NCBI GenBank assembly: GCA_963716395.1 | Contig: OY970309.1 | Location: 3,552,001 to 3,616,000, forward strand | Length of the DNA: 64,000 nt | Reading direction: 5' to 3' | Source: an uncultured Fibrobacteria bacterium | Lineage (GTDB): Bacteria > Fibrobacterota > Fibrobacteria > UBA11236 | In this document: in pieces, positions 41,093 through 52,015 of the stretch | How positions within the stretch are numbered: position 1 is the stretch's first letter | How the letters are laid out: every line of letters starts with the position of its first letter | Notes under the pieces: generated by a model | Databases searched by the model: none | Told to the model about the DNA's origin: nothing | What the model saw: only the letters and a program-made list of their open reading frames with translations | Position numbers and translations under genes: made by a program

Positions 41093-42754
41093 TCATTCCC
41101 GCGTAAGTTCTTTGAACTCCGGCGTGGACCAAAGCAGCGACAGCTCCCGGTCACGACGCCACTTTTCGACTTCGGCACCTTGGTACGATTGTGATTTTTT
41201 TAACCACGTCAGCGCATCGGCGGCATCTTTCTTATAACAGAAACACTCCGCAATGCGCCAGCAGGCCTTGGCCGCCAGGCTATAAGACGCCATTGCATTT
41301 CGGTAGTCCGCGATGGCGGTGTCGTATTTCCCCAGGGCTTTCCAGGAATTGCCCCGCTGTAAAAAGGCCAGCATTCTGGCGCCGTTATATTCCTTGGGAG
41401 TCAGGAGGATAATCGCTTGGGAATACGCCGCAATGGCGCTGTCGTACTTGGATTCATCGGCCCACGCGACCCCTTTGCTGATGTAGGCCAAAGAGTGTTC
41501 CGGGGAAAGCATCAGGGTGCTGTCGAAATCGGAGATCGCCCGAGCGAGTTTTCGCATTTTGTAATAGGTCAATCCCCGGCCGAAGTAGGCGTTGGCAAAG
41601 TGAATGGTGGGATCGAACTCATAGCTCGTGCTATCCAGTCTGATCGCCGCGGTATAATCCGCAATCGCGGCATCATATCGGCCCAAATCCCGGTAGGTGC
41701 CCGCCCGCTTGCTGTAGGCGTCGGCGCTCGCCGGTTTCAATCTTATGGCGAGGGAATAATCCTGGATCGCCGCCGCATGTTGATTATTCAGGTCGCGGAG
41801 CACGCCCCGGTTGGTAAGGGCGTCGACATTGTTGCTGTCGAGCGAAAAGGCCGTGGTGTACTCGGAAATCGCGCTATCATACTGCTCGTCCATGTAGCGA
41901 GCCGGATCCGGGATATGGTGTTCCTGTGCGTAATGCAGCGTCAGCACGCGTTTGGATCGGTCATACAGGGCCGTACCCAGTCCATCATGTACCGGGGAGT
42001 TTTTCGGATTGACCGTCAGAGCCGCCCGATAGAAATTGACGGCCGAATCGTATTGCCCGGAAGCACGGAAGAGGTCTCCCATTCCACCCAGCGCCTCGTC
42101 GTTGCGGGGGTTTTGGGCCAGAATGCGTCGGTAGATCGCAAATGCGCCGGTAGAGTCGCTGCGCTTTTTCATCTGATCAGCCCGTCGCAGCAGCGCGCTT
42201 TCACTTTCGGCGACCAATTCGGTTTTTTGGATTGGCGGCGCCGAAACTCGGGGCGTAACGATCTGCCCCGAAAAGCTGGCAGATCTCGAAGTAACTGGAA
42301 CCGTATTCGCCTGCGCCAGGCGTGTTGCCGGGGCGGGAGCCGGATGTGCCGCGTTTTTCCGAAACGAGGAAGCCGGTGCGCGCTTTTTTGGTTTCTGCGG
42401 CGATGCGGTCCGCTTCGCCGGCAAAAAAAAGCGCACAGCCTGCCCGGGCAACGGTGAATTAATTTCCGCCGCGGCTTGCTCCTCCTCCGGTTGAGAAAAT
42501 TGAACTGCGTTTGCTTGCGGGGAAACCGGGGAAACCAAAAGTTGCGCGGGCACGCGGGCACGCGGCGCCAGCCGCAGACCAAATCCCATTCCGAGACCAA
42601 AAAGCAGGGCCAGCAAACAAATAAGATAAAGGCTTCGATTCCCCTCGATTTCAAAAATATCCGGGCGAGCGCTCAAAACATTTAAAAATTCCGCGCCGCC
42701 AAATTCGCGCTCGAAAGGTTTTGCTTTCAAAATTCTTTTTCCACCACGCCTCAT
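41093..42754 (-). CDS. Membrane-anchored TPR protein
   Basis: N-terminal TM, Pro/Ala linker, repeats such as AIQDYSLAIRLKP, AYFGRG; start uncertain. Confidence 0.85.
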   Translation of the reverse strand: MRRGGKRILKAKPFEREFGGAEFLNVLSARPDIFEIEGNRSLYLICLLALLFGLGMGFGLRLAPRARVPAQLLVSPVSPQANAVQFSQPEEEQAAAEINSPLPGQAVRFFLPAKRTASPQKPKKRAPASSFRKNAAHPAPAPATRLAQANTVPVTSRSASFSGQIVTPRVSAPPIQKTELVAESESALLRRADQMKKRSDSTGAFAIYRRILAQNPRNDEALGGMGDLFRASGQYDSAVNFYRAALTVNPKNSPVHDGLGTALYDRSKRVLTLHYAQEHHIPDPARYMDEQYDSAISEYTTAFSLDSNNVDALTNRGVLRDLNNQHAAAIQDYSLAIRLKPASADAYSKRAGTYRDLGRYDAAIADYTAAIRLDSTSYEFDPTIHFANAYFGRGLTYYKMRKLARAISDFDSTLMLSPEHSLAYISKGVAWADESKYDSAIAAYSQAIILLTPKEYNGARMLAFLQRGNSWKALGKYDTAIADYRNAMASYSLAAKACWRIAECFCYKKDAADALTWLKKSQSYQGAEVEKWRRDRELSLLWSTPEFKELTRE

Positions 42755-42802
42755 GGTTATACCAAGATACCCGTGTCCAAATTCCGATCTGGAAACCGGC
42801 CC

Positions 42803-44752
42803 TTAAATTCCCGTGAATAACTGCGAGTAGAGGTGGTGTGCAGACTGCACCTCCACCCGGTAAGCGCCGGGACGCAAGGTCCGCGGAAGCGAGAATTGTT
42901 GCGGGCTGCGGCCGTTCGCCACGAACAACTGCCGCCCCGCCATATCGACGACCCGCAAGACATAGTCCTCGTTCAGATCAACGTCCAGGGTGGAGGCGCG
43001 CAGCGCGATCCAGCGCGAAGAGGGCGGCAGCGGAACGATGTCGACCATCGATGTGGGAGTGATTTCGATCAAGGAAACGCCGAAGCGCGGCAAAGCGAAG
43101 TTCAGCGCGATCTGCCCGTTGGCCGAAGTCATCTGCTGTTGCGGATTCAACAATTCCAATTGCATGTACTTGTGCAGCGTATCCAGTTGCGAAGGCGTGG
43201 GATGCGCCGGGCTGCCCATCGCGATCCACTTGGTGTTGGCGTTGCTGTGTGTCGTATCCATGCGCCAGTGGGTGACATAAACCTGGGAGGGGAAGGTCGA
43301 CGGCAGTGTTACGGTGAGGTTGATGACCGCATCGGGAACCGGCACGATATCATCGTGATAATTCCACAGCAACACCTGCACGCTCGAATCGGACTTGGCT
43401 GCGATGCCGTCGATGTCGGGAGCCTGGGTGCCGCGCAACGCGCTGGGATTGTTCAGGATGTAAGCCAGGCCCAATGCGCCGCTGCTGACAACGGGAATGC
43501 GCGTACCGTGCAAGCGCCCCAGCATCTTGAACACGTTGGCCACCGGTTTTTGCACACCGTTGTCGGCGAGATCGCGATACCCATCGATGAACGGTTGCGT
43601 CGAATCGTTGAACTCCCACGCCCAGGCCAACAACGCGCGCAGATGCACGCCGAGACTGTCGGCGAGAGTGAGCGTGTGTTTCATCATCGCGGCTTCGTAA
43701 GCTCCGTAGGCCGGCACGTTGCGATAGGCGTTGGCGGGCGTGGTGCTGATCGGGCATGCCGCGCATCCGTCGGGATCGGCTTCACCCACGACGATGGGTT
43801 TGCTCTTGAACTCTCCGCCGTTCACCGTGTCGACGCTGGTGAAACCCGTTTTGTGCAAAATCAATTGATTCCGCAGCGACATTTCCACATGTCCATTGAC
43901 GATAGCCGTTCCGCCCTTGGCGTGAAAGCTGACCTGATCCAACCGCGTTCCCGTCGCGCCGGTGACGGCATTCTTCCCCGTGGCGCAGTGGGACAGAAAC
44001 GGGGCAATACTGTAGGGACTGGCCATTTCCGGACCGCTGAGCTGCGCATTCGGCATCACGGAATGCAGCGCGGCTTCGGTGTAATCGAACAGGGTATCAT
44101 AGGCGTTGGTCTTGGCGGTCAGGCTGCTGGTGTTCGGCATCCAGTAACCGCCGTCCGGCTCGTTCCACAATTCCCACACCCAGTTCTGCTCGGCGTTGGG
44201 ATAGCGGTTCTGCACGTGCGCCGCCACCGAATCGATCAGCGTGGCCCATTTCGCATAGCTCGTGGGCGGGTACATGCAGCCGCCATTGAGCGTGGTGTAG
44301 GTGCTGTTGCGATAGGGCGTGCCGGCAGGAGCCGACGTCAGGGCCTGCGGCATGAAGGCGAAGTCGAAATACGGAAACGCGCCCGCGCCGGTGATGGCGT
44401 CATTGATGCTGTCGAGCGTCTTCCAGTTGTACACGGGTTGACCGTTCACTTCGGAATACACGTCGGTGGAACCCCACTTCAATCCCGGCGGCCCGGAGGT
44501 GTTGTTCAAGAGAAAGTGCGTGCGGATGTAAATCGGATCATGGCTGTTGGAAACCAACGCGGCCAGCAAATCCTTACTGGGTTGCGTGGTCGTGTAATTG
44601 TCTTCGTCGTATCCGTGCCAGCTCCAAACATCATTGAGCGTGGTGCCGGCCGCGGTCGCATCGACGGAAACGGTCACCGTTTGCGCGTCCACGCCGGCGG
44701 CTAAAATCGCGATGATGCACGAAAATTTATAGTTCGCGGGACAAAACGACAT
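42803..44752 (-). CDS. GH39 beta-xylosidase-like glycoside hydrolase with C-terminal secretion (T9SS-CTD-like) domain
   Basis: Signal peptide; IRTHFLL, WELWNEPD, SFHAKG, GEADPDGCAAC; C-terminal VVDMAGR..LRPGAYRV. Confidence 0.85.
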   Translation of the reverse strand: MSFCPANYKFSCIIAILAAGVDAQTVTVSVDATAAGTTLNDVWSWHGYDEDNYTTTQPSKDLLAALVSNSHDPIYIRTHFLLNNTSGPPGLKWGSTDVYSEVNGQPVYNWKTLDSINDAITGAGAFPYFDFAFMPQALTSAPAGTPYRNSTYTTLNGGCMYPPTSYAKWATLIDSVAAHVQNRYPNAEQNWVWELWNEPDGGYWMPNTSSLTAKTNAYDTLFDYTEAALHSVMPNAQLSGPEMASPYSIAPFLSHCATGKNAVTGATGTRLDQVSFHAKGGTAIVNGHVEMSLRNQLILHKTGFTSVDTVNGGEFKSKPIVVGEADPDGCAACPISTTPANAYRNVPAYGAYEAAMMKHTLTLADSLGVHLRALLAWAWEFNDSTQPFIDGYRDLADNGVQKPVANVFKMLGRLHGTRIPVVSSGALGLAYILNNPSALRGTQAPDIDGIAAKSDSSVQVLLWNYHDDIVPVPDAVINLTVTLPSTFPSQVYVTHWRMDTTHSNANTKWIAMGSPAHPTPSQLDTLHKYMQLELLNPQQQMTSANGQIALNFALPRFGVSLIEITPTSMVDIVPLPPSSRWIALRASTLDVDLNEDYVLRVVDMAGRQLFVANGRSPQQFSLPRTLRPGAYRVEVQSAHHLYSQLFTGI

Positions 44753-45050
44753 GCAAAGTCTCCCGAAGCATCAGGCACCTATGAATCACTTATGAATATA
44801 AGGCCTTTGTGATGCGCGCACGGCTGAATAGGCACAGAGTTCTTATCGACCCTGATGGCGAGGAACATCCTTGCAAGCCATGGGGAGAACTCCCGACAAT
44901 CGCTCTTGCTTTCCCGCTTACCCTGACCCGGGAAAATCGTGTGCCGATCATTCATTCCGCCCCCCAGTTTACGCAATTTTAATCCACATCCAGCCGCAGG
45001 GAATTCGGCCCAAGGGATCATTAAGCCGCAGCTTTGCAGAAAGGCCCAGC

Positions 45051-46502
45051 ATGCAAAACCCGAACCCAATCAAACACGTCATCCTTTTGCTGCTCGAAAA
45101 CCATTCCTTTGACCAAATGCTTGGTTGCTTCCAGTCGGTGAAGCCCGGCCTTGACGGTGTCGACCCAAACCACCTGCACTCCTGCGTCGATAAGGACGGG
45201 CGGTCCTTCACCCAAACGGAAACCGACGAGGTGCAAACCGCCTTTGACCCCAAGCATGAATTCGTGAACGTGCGCACGCAATTGCAGAATCAAAACGCAG
45301 GCTTCCTCCGCGATTTTTCCACCGCCTACCCCAAAAGCCGCCGGGAGGATCGCCGGCAGATCATGGGCTATTACGGTCTGGATAAACTGCCCGCCCTCCA
45401 TGCCCTGGCCCGGGATTTCACCATCTGCGATCGCTGGTTCTCCTCCCTACCCGGCCCCACGTGGCCCAACCGTTTTTTCGCGCTCACCGGCACCTCCCAC
45501 GGCGAAATCGAAATGCCCTCCGGGGCGCAACAGATCGACCCCCGTTGGTATTTGCACCAGACCCAGGACACGATCTTCGAACGCCTCAACCAGGCCGGGA
45601 AAAAATGGAAAGTCTACTACTACGATTTTCCCAACTCCTGGCTGTTGCTGCGCCAACTGGAACCCCAAAACGTGATCCACTACCAACACATCGACGACTT
45701 CTTCAACCACGACTCCCGCAACGCCGCCGACTTTCCCGACTTCACCTTCATCGAGCCCAAATACTTCGGCCAGGACCAGAACGACGATCATCCGCCCCAC
45801 AACGTCATGAAGGCTGAAAAGCTCATCGCCGACGTCTATAACGCCCTCCGTTCGAACCGGGAATTATGGGAATCGTCGCTGCTCATCGTCACCTTCGACG
45901 AGCATGGCGGCTTCTACGATCACGTCGTTCCCCCGGCCGCCGTTCCGCCCGACGGCAAGACATCGAAGTATGCCTTCAACCAATACGGGTTGCGCGTCCC
46001 GGCGCTGCTCGTATCGCCTTGGGTTGCCCGCGGCGTCGAGCACACGGTGTTTGATCATACCAGCGTGCTGAAATACCTGACTTTGAAATGGGGTCTCGAC
46101 AAGCTGACCGACCGTTCCGATCAGGCGAACAGCATCGAGATGGCCCTCACGGAATCCGCTCCCCGCACCGATACCATCCCCTTTATCCGCGTGCCCTATT
46201 CGGTGCTGATTCCGCCCCGAACCGATCTGGAAAAAGAGAATTTCAACGCGCATCAACTGGCCATGCAAGGATTCTCGACCTTCCTATCCGGGAAGATGGA
46301 AACGTCCACCGCCGTAGAAACGAAAAAGCCGGTCGTATGGATCACCCGGGGCAAGAATTTCCTCGGCCGCCTCTTTCTGCGCGCCGGCAACGCGCTGACC
46401 AGTTCGTACCAAAAGTCGCAGGTGACCCAGGTGGAAAACCTCGCCCGCCTCGCCAAGGCGCTGGCGGAAAAAAGCGTCATGCTCAAGAAGCTCGCTGAAT
46501 AA
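45051..46502 (+). CDS. Phosphoesterase / phospholipase C (alkaline phosphatase superfamily)
   Basis: [59 protein letters not shown]. Confidence 0.92.
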   Translation: MQNPNPIKHVILLLLENHSFDQMLGCFQSVKPGLDGVDPNHLHSCVDKDGRSFTQTETDEVQTAFDPKHEFVNVRTQLQNQNAGFLRDFSTAYPKSRREDRRQIMGYYGLDKLPALHALARDFTICDRWFSSLPGPTWPNRFFALTGTSHGEIEMPSGAQQIDPRWYLHQTQDTIFERLNQAGKKWKVYYYDFPNSWLLLRQLEPQNVIHYQHIDDFFNHDSRNAADFPDFTFIEPKYFGQDQNDDHPPHNVMKAEKLIADVYNALRSNRELWESSLLIVTFDEHGGFYDHVVPPAAVPPDGKTSKYAFNQYGLRVPALLVSPWVARGVEHTVFDHTSVLKYLTLKWGLDKLTDRSDQANSIEMALTESAPRTDTIPFIRVPYSVLIPPRTDLEKENFNAHQLAMQGFSTFLSGKMETSTAVETKKPVVWITRGKNFLGRLFLRAGNALTSSYQKSQVTQVENLARLAKALAEKSVMLKKLAE

Positions 46503-46503
46503 A

Positions 46504-46698
46504 TCACTCGATAGCCCACTCCGCGCATAACAACTCCGCCTGTGCCAGCACGGTTTTAACCGCTTCTTCCTGCAAATCGGGCGGGTACCCGTATTTGTTC
46601 AAGATCCGTTTCACCATCACCTTGATCTTCGCCCGCGCGCTTTCGCGCAAAGTCCAATCGATGGTCACGCTTTCGCGAACCTTGGTGATCAATTCGGC
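46504..46698 (-). pseudogene. hsdR: HsdR C-terminal (DUF3387) fragment
   Basis: [43 protein letters not shown], homologous to the HsdR C-terminus at 54587-54790. Confidence 0.85.
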
Positions 46699-48247
46699 GT
46701 GGGCCGCTGCTGATCAATTCCGGGCCAATTCCGGTTTGACCTCGGCCCAATACTCCCAGCCCGTACTGGGATTGATCTTCCTGCGCTTCGCTGAAGTCCG
46801 CTTCACCAAATTGCGGGCCAAGCTGGAAAAATCTTCGGCCTCCACGCGCCGCGGTTCGCGCGTCGACGACCCCGCCGCTTATCATGCCGAAGGTGTGCTT
46901 TACCTTGCACCCAATGCCCGCTTCGATGCTCTCTTGGCTTTGCCCGAAGGCAAGGATATGGGCAAAGCGTTGAACGAGGCCATACGCGATGTCGAAAAGC
47001 AAAATGCCCAACTCGCGGGCGTGTTGCCCCGAACATTCAACCTTTTCACCGGCACCTTACTAAAGGAATTGCTCAAAAAGGTTTCGGAAATTCCGGATTC
47101 GTTGGACTATGACGCTTTCGGCCGCATCTACGAATATTTTCTGGGCGAATTCGCCCGCAACGAAGGTTCGAAAGGCGGAGAGTTTTACACCCCGGCCTGC
47201 ATTGTGCGTTTCATGGCCGAAGTGCTGGAGCCTTTTCACGGCTTGATTTTGGATCCGTCCTGCGGATCCGGCGGCATGTTCGTGCCAAGCGCGCGCTTTG
47301 TGGCCGAGCACAAGAAAAATCCCGCCTCCGAATTGTCCGTACATGGTCAGGAAAAAGTGGGCGACACCATCAAGCTATGCCGCATGAACCTTGCCGTGCA
47401 TGGCTTGGAAGGTGACATCCGCGAAACCAACAGCTATTACGAAAATCCGCATAAGGCCGTCGGGCGCTTTGATTTCGTCATGGCCAATCCGCCTTTCAAC
47501 GTGAATGCCGTGGACAAAGAAAGGCTCAAAGACGCCGTGGGCCATGGCCGCCGCTTTCCGTTTGGCCTACCTCGCGCCGACAACGGCAACACTTTGTGGA
47601 TTCAACTTTTCTATTCGTCGCTCAATGCCAAAGGCCGCGCCGCTTTTGTCATGGCCAATTCAGCCTCGGATGCGCGTTCTTCGGAACAGGACATTCGTCG
47701 CAAGCTCATCGAAGCCAAGGCCGTGGACGTGATGGTGGCCGTAGGGCCGAACATGTTTTACACCGTCACCTTGCCCTGCACTTTATGGTTTTTGGATCGT
47801 GGCAAAACCAAAACCCCGCGCGCCGACAAGGTGTTGTTTCTTGACGCGCGTCACGTTTACCGCCAACTCGATCGCGCCCATCGCGATTGGAGCGAAGCGC
47901 AAATCGGTTTCTTGGCCAATGTGGTGCGCCTGTATCGCGGCGAAGAATTGGATGTGGTGTTCGGCGACGGCGAGGCCGAAGAAAAAGTCAAGGAAGTGTT
48001 CGGCAAGAAACCCAAGTACAAAGATGTGCCGGGTCTTTGCAAAGTCGCGACTCTCAAGGAAATCGAAACGCAAGGTTGGTCGCTGAACCCAGGCCGCTAT
48101 GTGGGCGTGGCGCCGGGTGAAGAAATCGATGACGAAGAGTTTAAGGAAAAATTCGCGGCGTTGAATGAAGAGTTGGAGGAGTTGAATTTAAAAGCGCGGG
48201 AGTTGGAAAATAATATCTCAGTGAACGTAAAAGAAATTCTGAATTAA
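46661..48247 (+). CDS. hsdM: Type I R-M methyltransferase, native N-terminus lost (homology starts at W, 46700)
   Basis: [43 protein letters not shown]. Confidence 0.88.
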   Translation: MVTLSRTLVINSAWAAADQFRANSGLTSAQYSQPVLGLIFLRFAEVRFTKLRAKLEKSSASTRRGSRVDDPAAYHAEGVLYLAPNARFDALLALPEGKDMGKALNEAIRDVEKQNAQLAGVLPRTFNLFTGTLLKELLKKVSEIPDSLDYDAFGRIYEYFLGEFARNEGSKGGEFYTPACIVRFMAEVLEPFHGLILDPSCGSGGMFVPSARFVAEHKKNPASELSVHGQEKVGDTIKLCRMNLAVHGLEGDIRETNSYYENPHKAVGRFDFVMANPPFNVNAVDKERLKDAVGHGRRFPFGLPRADNGNTLWIQLFYSSLNAKGRAAFVMANSASDARSSEQDIRRKLIEAKAVDVMVAVGPNMFYTVTLPCTLWFLDRGKTKTPRADKVLFLDARHVYRQLDRAHRDWSEAQIGFLANVVRLYRGEELDVVFGDGEAEEKVKEVFGKKPKYKDVPGLCKVATLKEIETQGWSLNPGRYVGVAPGEEIDDEEFKEKFAALNEELEELNLKARELENNISVNVKEILN

Positions 48248-48249
48248 TC

Positions 48250-50030
48250 GTGCCTACACTTTGGAATTATTGCAAGCTAGGCGATTTAATAGAAATAAAG
48301 CACGGGTTTGCTTTCCTAGGCGAATTTTTTTCTGCTACTGGAACCCACATTGTTTTGACTCCAGGGAATTTCATCGAAAAGGCGGCTTCATACAAAAAGA
48401 AGGCAAGGAAAAATGGTATTCCGGTCCAATTCCTGCCGACTATGTCTTGAATGAAGGCGATTTAATTGTCGCAATGACAGAGCAAGCCGAAGGATTACTT
48501 GGCAGTAGTGCGCTTATTCCGAAAAACGGACTTTATTTACACAATCAACGCCTCGGCCTCATTCGGATTAAAGATCCTGCGAATGCCGATAAAGCGTTTC
48601 TCTATCATTTGTTCAATCTCCAGACCGTTCGTCAACAGATTAGGGGCTCCTCAAGTGGTACAAAAATCCGTCATACGTCTCCTTCAAGAATTGCGGAAGT
48701 AAAAGTCCGCGTTCCCCCTCTCCCCATCCAGCGCCGCATCGCCGGCATTCTCTCGGCCTACGATGACTTGACCGAAAACAACCAACGCCGCATTCGCATT
48801 CTCGAAGAAATGGCCCGTTCGCTGTATCACGAATGGTTCGTGCATTTCCGTTTTCCCGGGCATGAAGGCATGCGCATGGTGGATTCGCCGATGGGGAAAA
48901 TTCCGGAGGGGTGGGAGGTGAAGAAGCTTGGGGAAATTTTGGAACTGAAATATGGAAAAGGTTTGAAACAAGAAGAGAGAAATGAAGGACCATTCCCTGT
49001 TTTCGGTTCAAGCGGTATCGTTGGATATCATGATGAAAGTTTAGTGAAAGGCCCCGGTATTATTGTCGGAAGAAAAGGGAACGTCGGAAGTGTTTTTTGG
49101 AGTGATGTAGACTTTTATCCCATTGATACAGCCTATTTCGTCACATCATCTTTGCCTTTGCGTTTCATGTTCTATGACCTTCAGACAAAAAATTTCATCA
49201 ATAACGATGCAGCTGTTCCCGGCTTGAGTCGTCATCAAGCTTATTCATTGGAGACGATGGTTCCATCTGCGGATGCAATCGCGAAATTTTGCTCGCTCGC
49301 CGATGTTTTCGAGCGACAAGCGTCAAGTTTGAGACACCAAGTCGAAAACCTCCGCCGAACGCGCGATCTTCTTTTACCCAAATTGTTGTCCGGCCAAATC
49401 CCCGTAGCCGCAGAAGAAGAGTCCAAGGTCGTGGCCTTTCCACACAAGGCGGAAAAAGAAAAAGCGCCAAACAAAGAATTCATCGAAGCCTTGATCATCG
49501 CGGCTTTGGTGCGCAAGCTAGTAGACCGTCCGAATTTTCCACTAGGCGCTTTTCGCCGCCAGAAATTCGCGTACTTCGCGCATCGCAAGGCCGAGCATGA
49601 TGTGACGGCGCAATACTTGAAAAAAGCGGCCGGGCCTTACAGTCCGTGGACCAAATACGGCGGGCCGGAAAAAATCGCCCAGACGAACGGCTATGTCGTT
49701 TGGGAAAAATCCGGATCGAAAGAAGGTTTTGTGCCTGGCCCGAAAATCGGGGAAATCGATCGCTATTTGCCGCATCAATCCATCGCGCCTGCCATTGATT
49801 GGGTGGTTGAGAAATTCCACTATGTGAAGAACACACAATTGGAATTGCTTTCCACCGTCGATTTCGCTTCCGAAGAATTGCGCCGGGTGAACCGCCCGGT
49901 TACGGTGGCTGAAATCCGTAAGTTAATCGCGGAAGATAAGGAATGGGCGCCTAAGTTGGATCGGGAATTGTTTTCCGCAGCCAAGGTGGTTGAGGCGCTG
50001 AGGGAATTGGAAAGCCTGTTTTCGACGTGA
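48250..50030 (+). CDS. hsdS: Type I R-M specificity subunit with ~200-aa C-terminal extension; frameshift at the A-run 48376-48380
   Basis: WNYCKLGDL..TPGNF then GGF..; PPLPIQRRIAGILSAYDDL, IPEGWEVKKLG, RTRDLLLPKLLSGQI. Confidence 0.85.
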
Positions 50031-50101
50031 TTCGGCCGCTTTTGATGTGCTGCCTCGACTTTTCGGTTGCTTTCTTTCATTATTAAGCGTACTTTCACCA
50101 C

Positions 50102-51202
50102 ATGGTGAAACCATTTAAAATACTGAAAGAGGCTGAATTCGCTCCCAAATTTGAAATCCGGCTAAGGGAATTGCTGGGCCGCGTGCCGCCGCTGCAAATC
50201 AAATCCTTGAAGCACGACGCACGGTTGACCCCAGAATCAAACCAGCGACCCGATTGGTTGCTACAGACGCAAGTGGGTGGCAAACCCTGGACCTTGATCG
50301 CCGAGGCCAAAAATTTGGGTCAGCCTCTGGAAATTCGCAGGGCTACACAGCAGTTACGTCATTACTTGTCTTTGCTTCCGGGCCATAACAAATACGGTAT
50401 TGTCCTGGCGCCTTTTATTTCCACCGAGTCGGCTCGCATTTGCACGGAAGCGGAATTGGGGTATGCCGATCTCTCGGGCAATGCCCATCTCGCCTTCGGC
50501 AGCGTATTCATCGAAACCAAAGCGGCCGAAAATGCTTTCAAACGACGCAAAGAAACGAAGTCGTTGTTTTCCACCAAGGCGCAAAGGGTGTTGCGAGTTT
50601 TATTGCAAGGACCATTGCATCCTTGGAAGGTGTCCGCTTTGGCAAACGAGGCGCGCGTGAGTTTGGGTTGGGCCAGCGCCGTGAAACAACAATTGCTGGC
50701 GCAAGAATGGGCTGTCGACGGATTACAGGGACTGATATTGAAAAAACCCGATACGTTGCTCGACGAATGGGCCAAGGCGGATCGTTGGCGTGATCGCACT
50801 GAGATTCGCCAATACTCGCTGTTACATGCGGAGCCGCTTGAAATTGCGCAACGGCTGGGAAAGACGTTGGGGAAAACCCGACATGCTTTTACCCAATGGT
50901 TCGCAGGCTGGCTACGTCATCCTTATACCACGCCTCCGATAGTGACGGCTTATGTGGATTTTTGGCCGGATGAAAAAAAATTAGAGAACGGAATTCTGGC
51001 CCGTCGCGTCAGCGAAGGGGCAAAATTGTGGCTGGTGAAACCGCGTGACGAAGGCGTCTTTTACCCGGCGCAAAAAAAAGACGGATTCGAATTGGTTTCC
51101 GACGCGCAGATTTATCTCGATTTACTTGGAGCCGGACAACGCGGCGACGAACAAGCCACCGAATTGCGTAAGCAAAAGGATTTTTGCGGAGGTTGGAATT
51201 GA
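50102..51202 (+). CDS. AbiEi-like (type IV TA antitoxin) protein
   Basis: N-terminal PD..EAK, GYADLSGN, wHTH (LANEARVSLGWAS), C-terminal VSDAQIYLDL..RGDEQA. Confidence 0.8.
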   Translation: MVKPFKILKEAEFAPKFEIRLRELLGRVPPLQIKSLKHDARLTPESNQRPDWLLQTQVGGKPWTLIAEAKNLGQPLEIRRATQQLRHYLSLLPGHNKYGIVLAPFISTESARICTEAELGYADLSGNAHLAFGSVFIETKAAENAFKRRKETKSLFSTKAQRVLRVLLQGPLHPWKVSALANEARVSLGWASAVKQQLLAQEWAVDGLQGLILKKPDTLLDEWAKADRWRDRTEIRQYSLLHAEPLEIAQRLGKTLGKTRHAFTQWFAGWLRHPYTTPPIVTAYVDFWPDEKKLENGILARRVSEGAKLWLVKPRDEGVFYPAQKKDGFELVSDAQIYLDLLGAGQRGDEQATELRKQKDFCGGWN

Positions 51203-52008
51203 CCAAGTTCGGAAGCTTCGACAAATATCCACCCAGAAGTTTGGCCTCGGCCGAAGCTGCATTGCTGACGGCCTGGCGTTCGTTGACGCGCTATGAAGAT
51301 GACTTGGTGCTCATCGGCGGATTGGCCGTGCATTATCTGACCCGCAAGGATGTGGCCGGATTGCCAGGCGCTGTGACCATGGATGTGGATTTCGGGATTT
51401 CGTTGGCGGCTGAAAGCGGACAATATGGTACGATTCAATCGGATTTATCCGGACTGGGTTTCATGCAAAAAAATTCCAGATGGGAGCAGGATTTCGACGG
51501 TATGAACTTATACATCGATTTTCTCTCCGATGCGGAATCCGCGGCGGGTGGATCGCGAATGGTTGATGGCACAACCGTCAGCTTGATTCCGGGTATCAAT
51601 CGGGCCTTGGCCAAGCGTCGTAAAATCAACGTGCCTGGAAAGGATCTTTGTGGAGTCCATCAGGCTTGCGAAATCAACGTGGCTGATATTGGACCTCTCC
51701 TCGTCCTCAAACTCAACGCTTTCGGAGGCCCCACCGGAAGACGCGCGCACAAAGATGCGTATGACGTTTTGCTTGCCGTCACGGGTTTTGTGGATGGACC
51801 CGAAGCCGCGATTGCCGCTTTTCATGCCGAAGCTTCGGCTGGGAATTCCGCTTTTGCATCGGCGAGAAAATGTTTGCGAAAAGATTTTATTGATCCGGAT
51901 CAGGATGGCCCAGCTCGGGCCGCTGCGTTTCATCCGGGAAGCACAGAAGAACGTCAACGCGTTCGTCAAGCCACAGTGACCGTAGGAAAAATGTTGTTCG
52001 GCAACTGA
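51199..52008 (+). CDS. AbiEii-like nucleotidyltransferase toxin
   Basis: LIGGLAV..TMDVD, IDFL, LK..KDAYD; TTG overlaps the upstream TGA. Confidence 0.8.
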   Translation: MTKFGSFDKYPPRSLASAEAALLTAWRSLTRYEDDLVLIGGLAVHYLTRKDVAGLPGAVTMDVDFGISLAAESGQYGTIQSDLSGLGFMQKNSRWEQDFDGMNLYIDFLSDAESAAGGSRMVDGTTVSLIPGINRALAKRRKINVPGKDLCGVHQACEINVADIGPLLVLKLNAFGGPTGRRAHKDAYDVLLAVTGFVDGPEAAIAAFHAEASAGNSAFASARKCLRKDFIDPDQDGPARAAAFHPGSTEERQRVRQATVTVGKMLFGN

Positions 52009-52015
52009 GACTTGA

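Noticed and set aside
42833-44704. 623-aa plus-strand ORF and many similar long ORFs (e.g. 21020-22375, 31216-32727, 9556-11157)
   Set aside because: Antisense or off-frame shadows of well-supported genes in high-GC DNA, with no motifs
44753-45050. Island att site / left boundary
   Set aside because: No copy of the tmRNA 3' end found by eye; only a short TATGAAT direct repeat
48376-48380. Programmed or phase-variable frameshift in hsdS
   Set aside because: A short A-run missing one base, among several other island indels, is more simply a sequencing error
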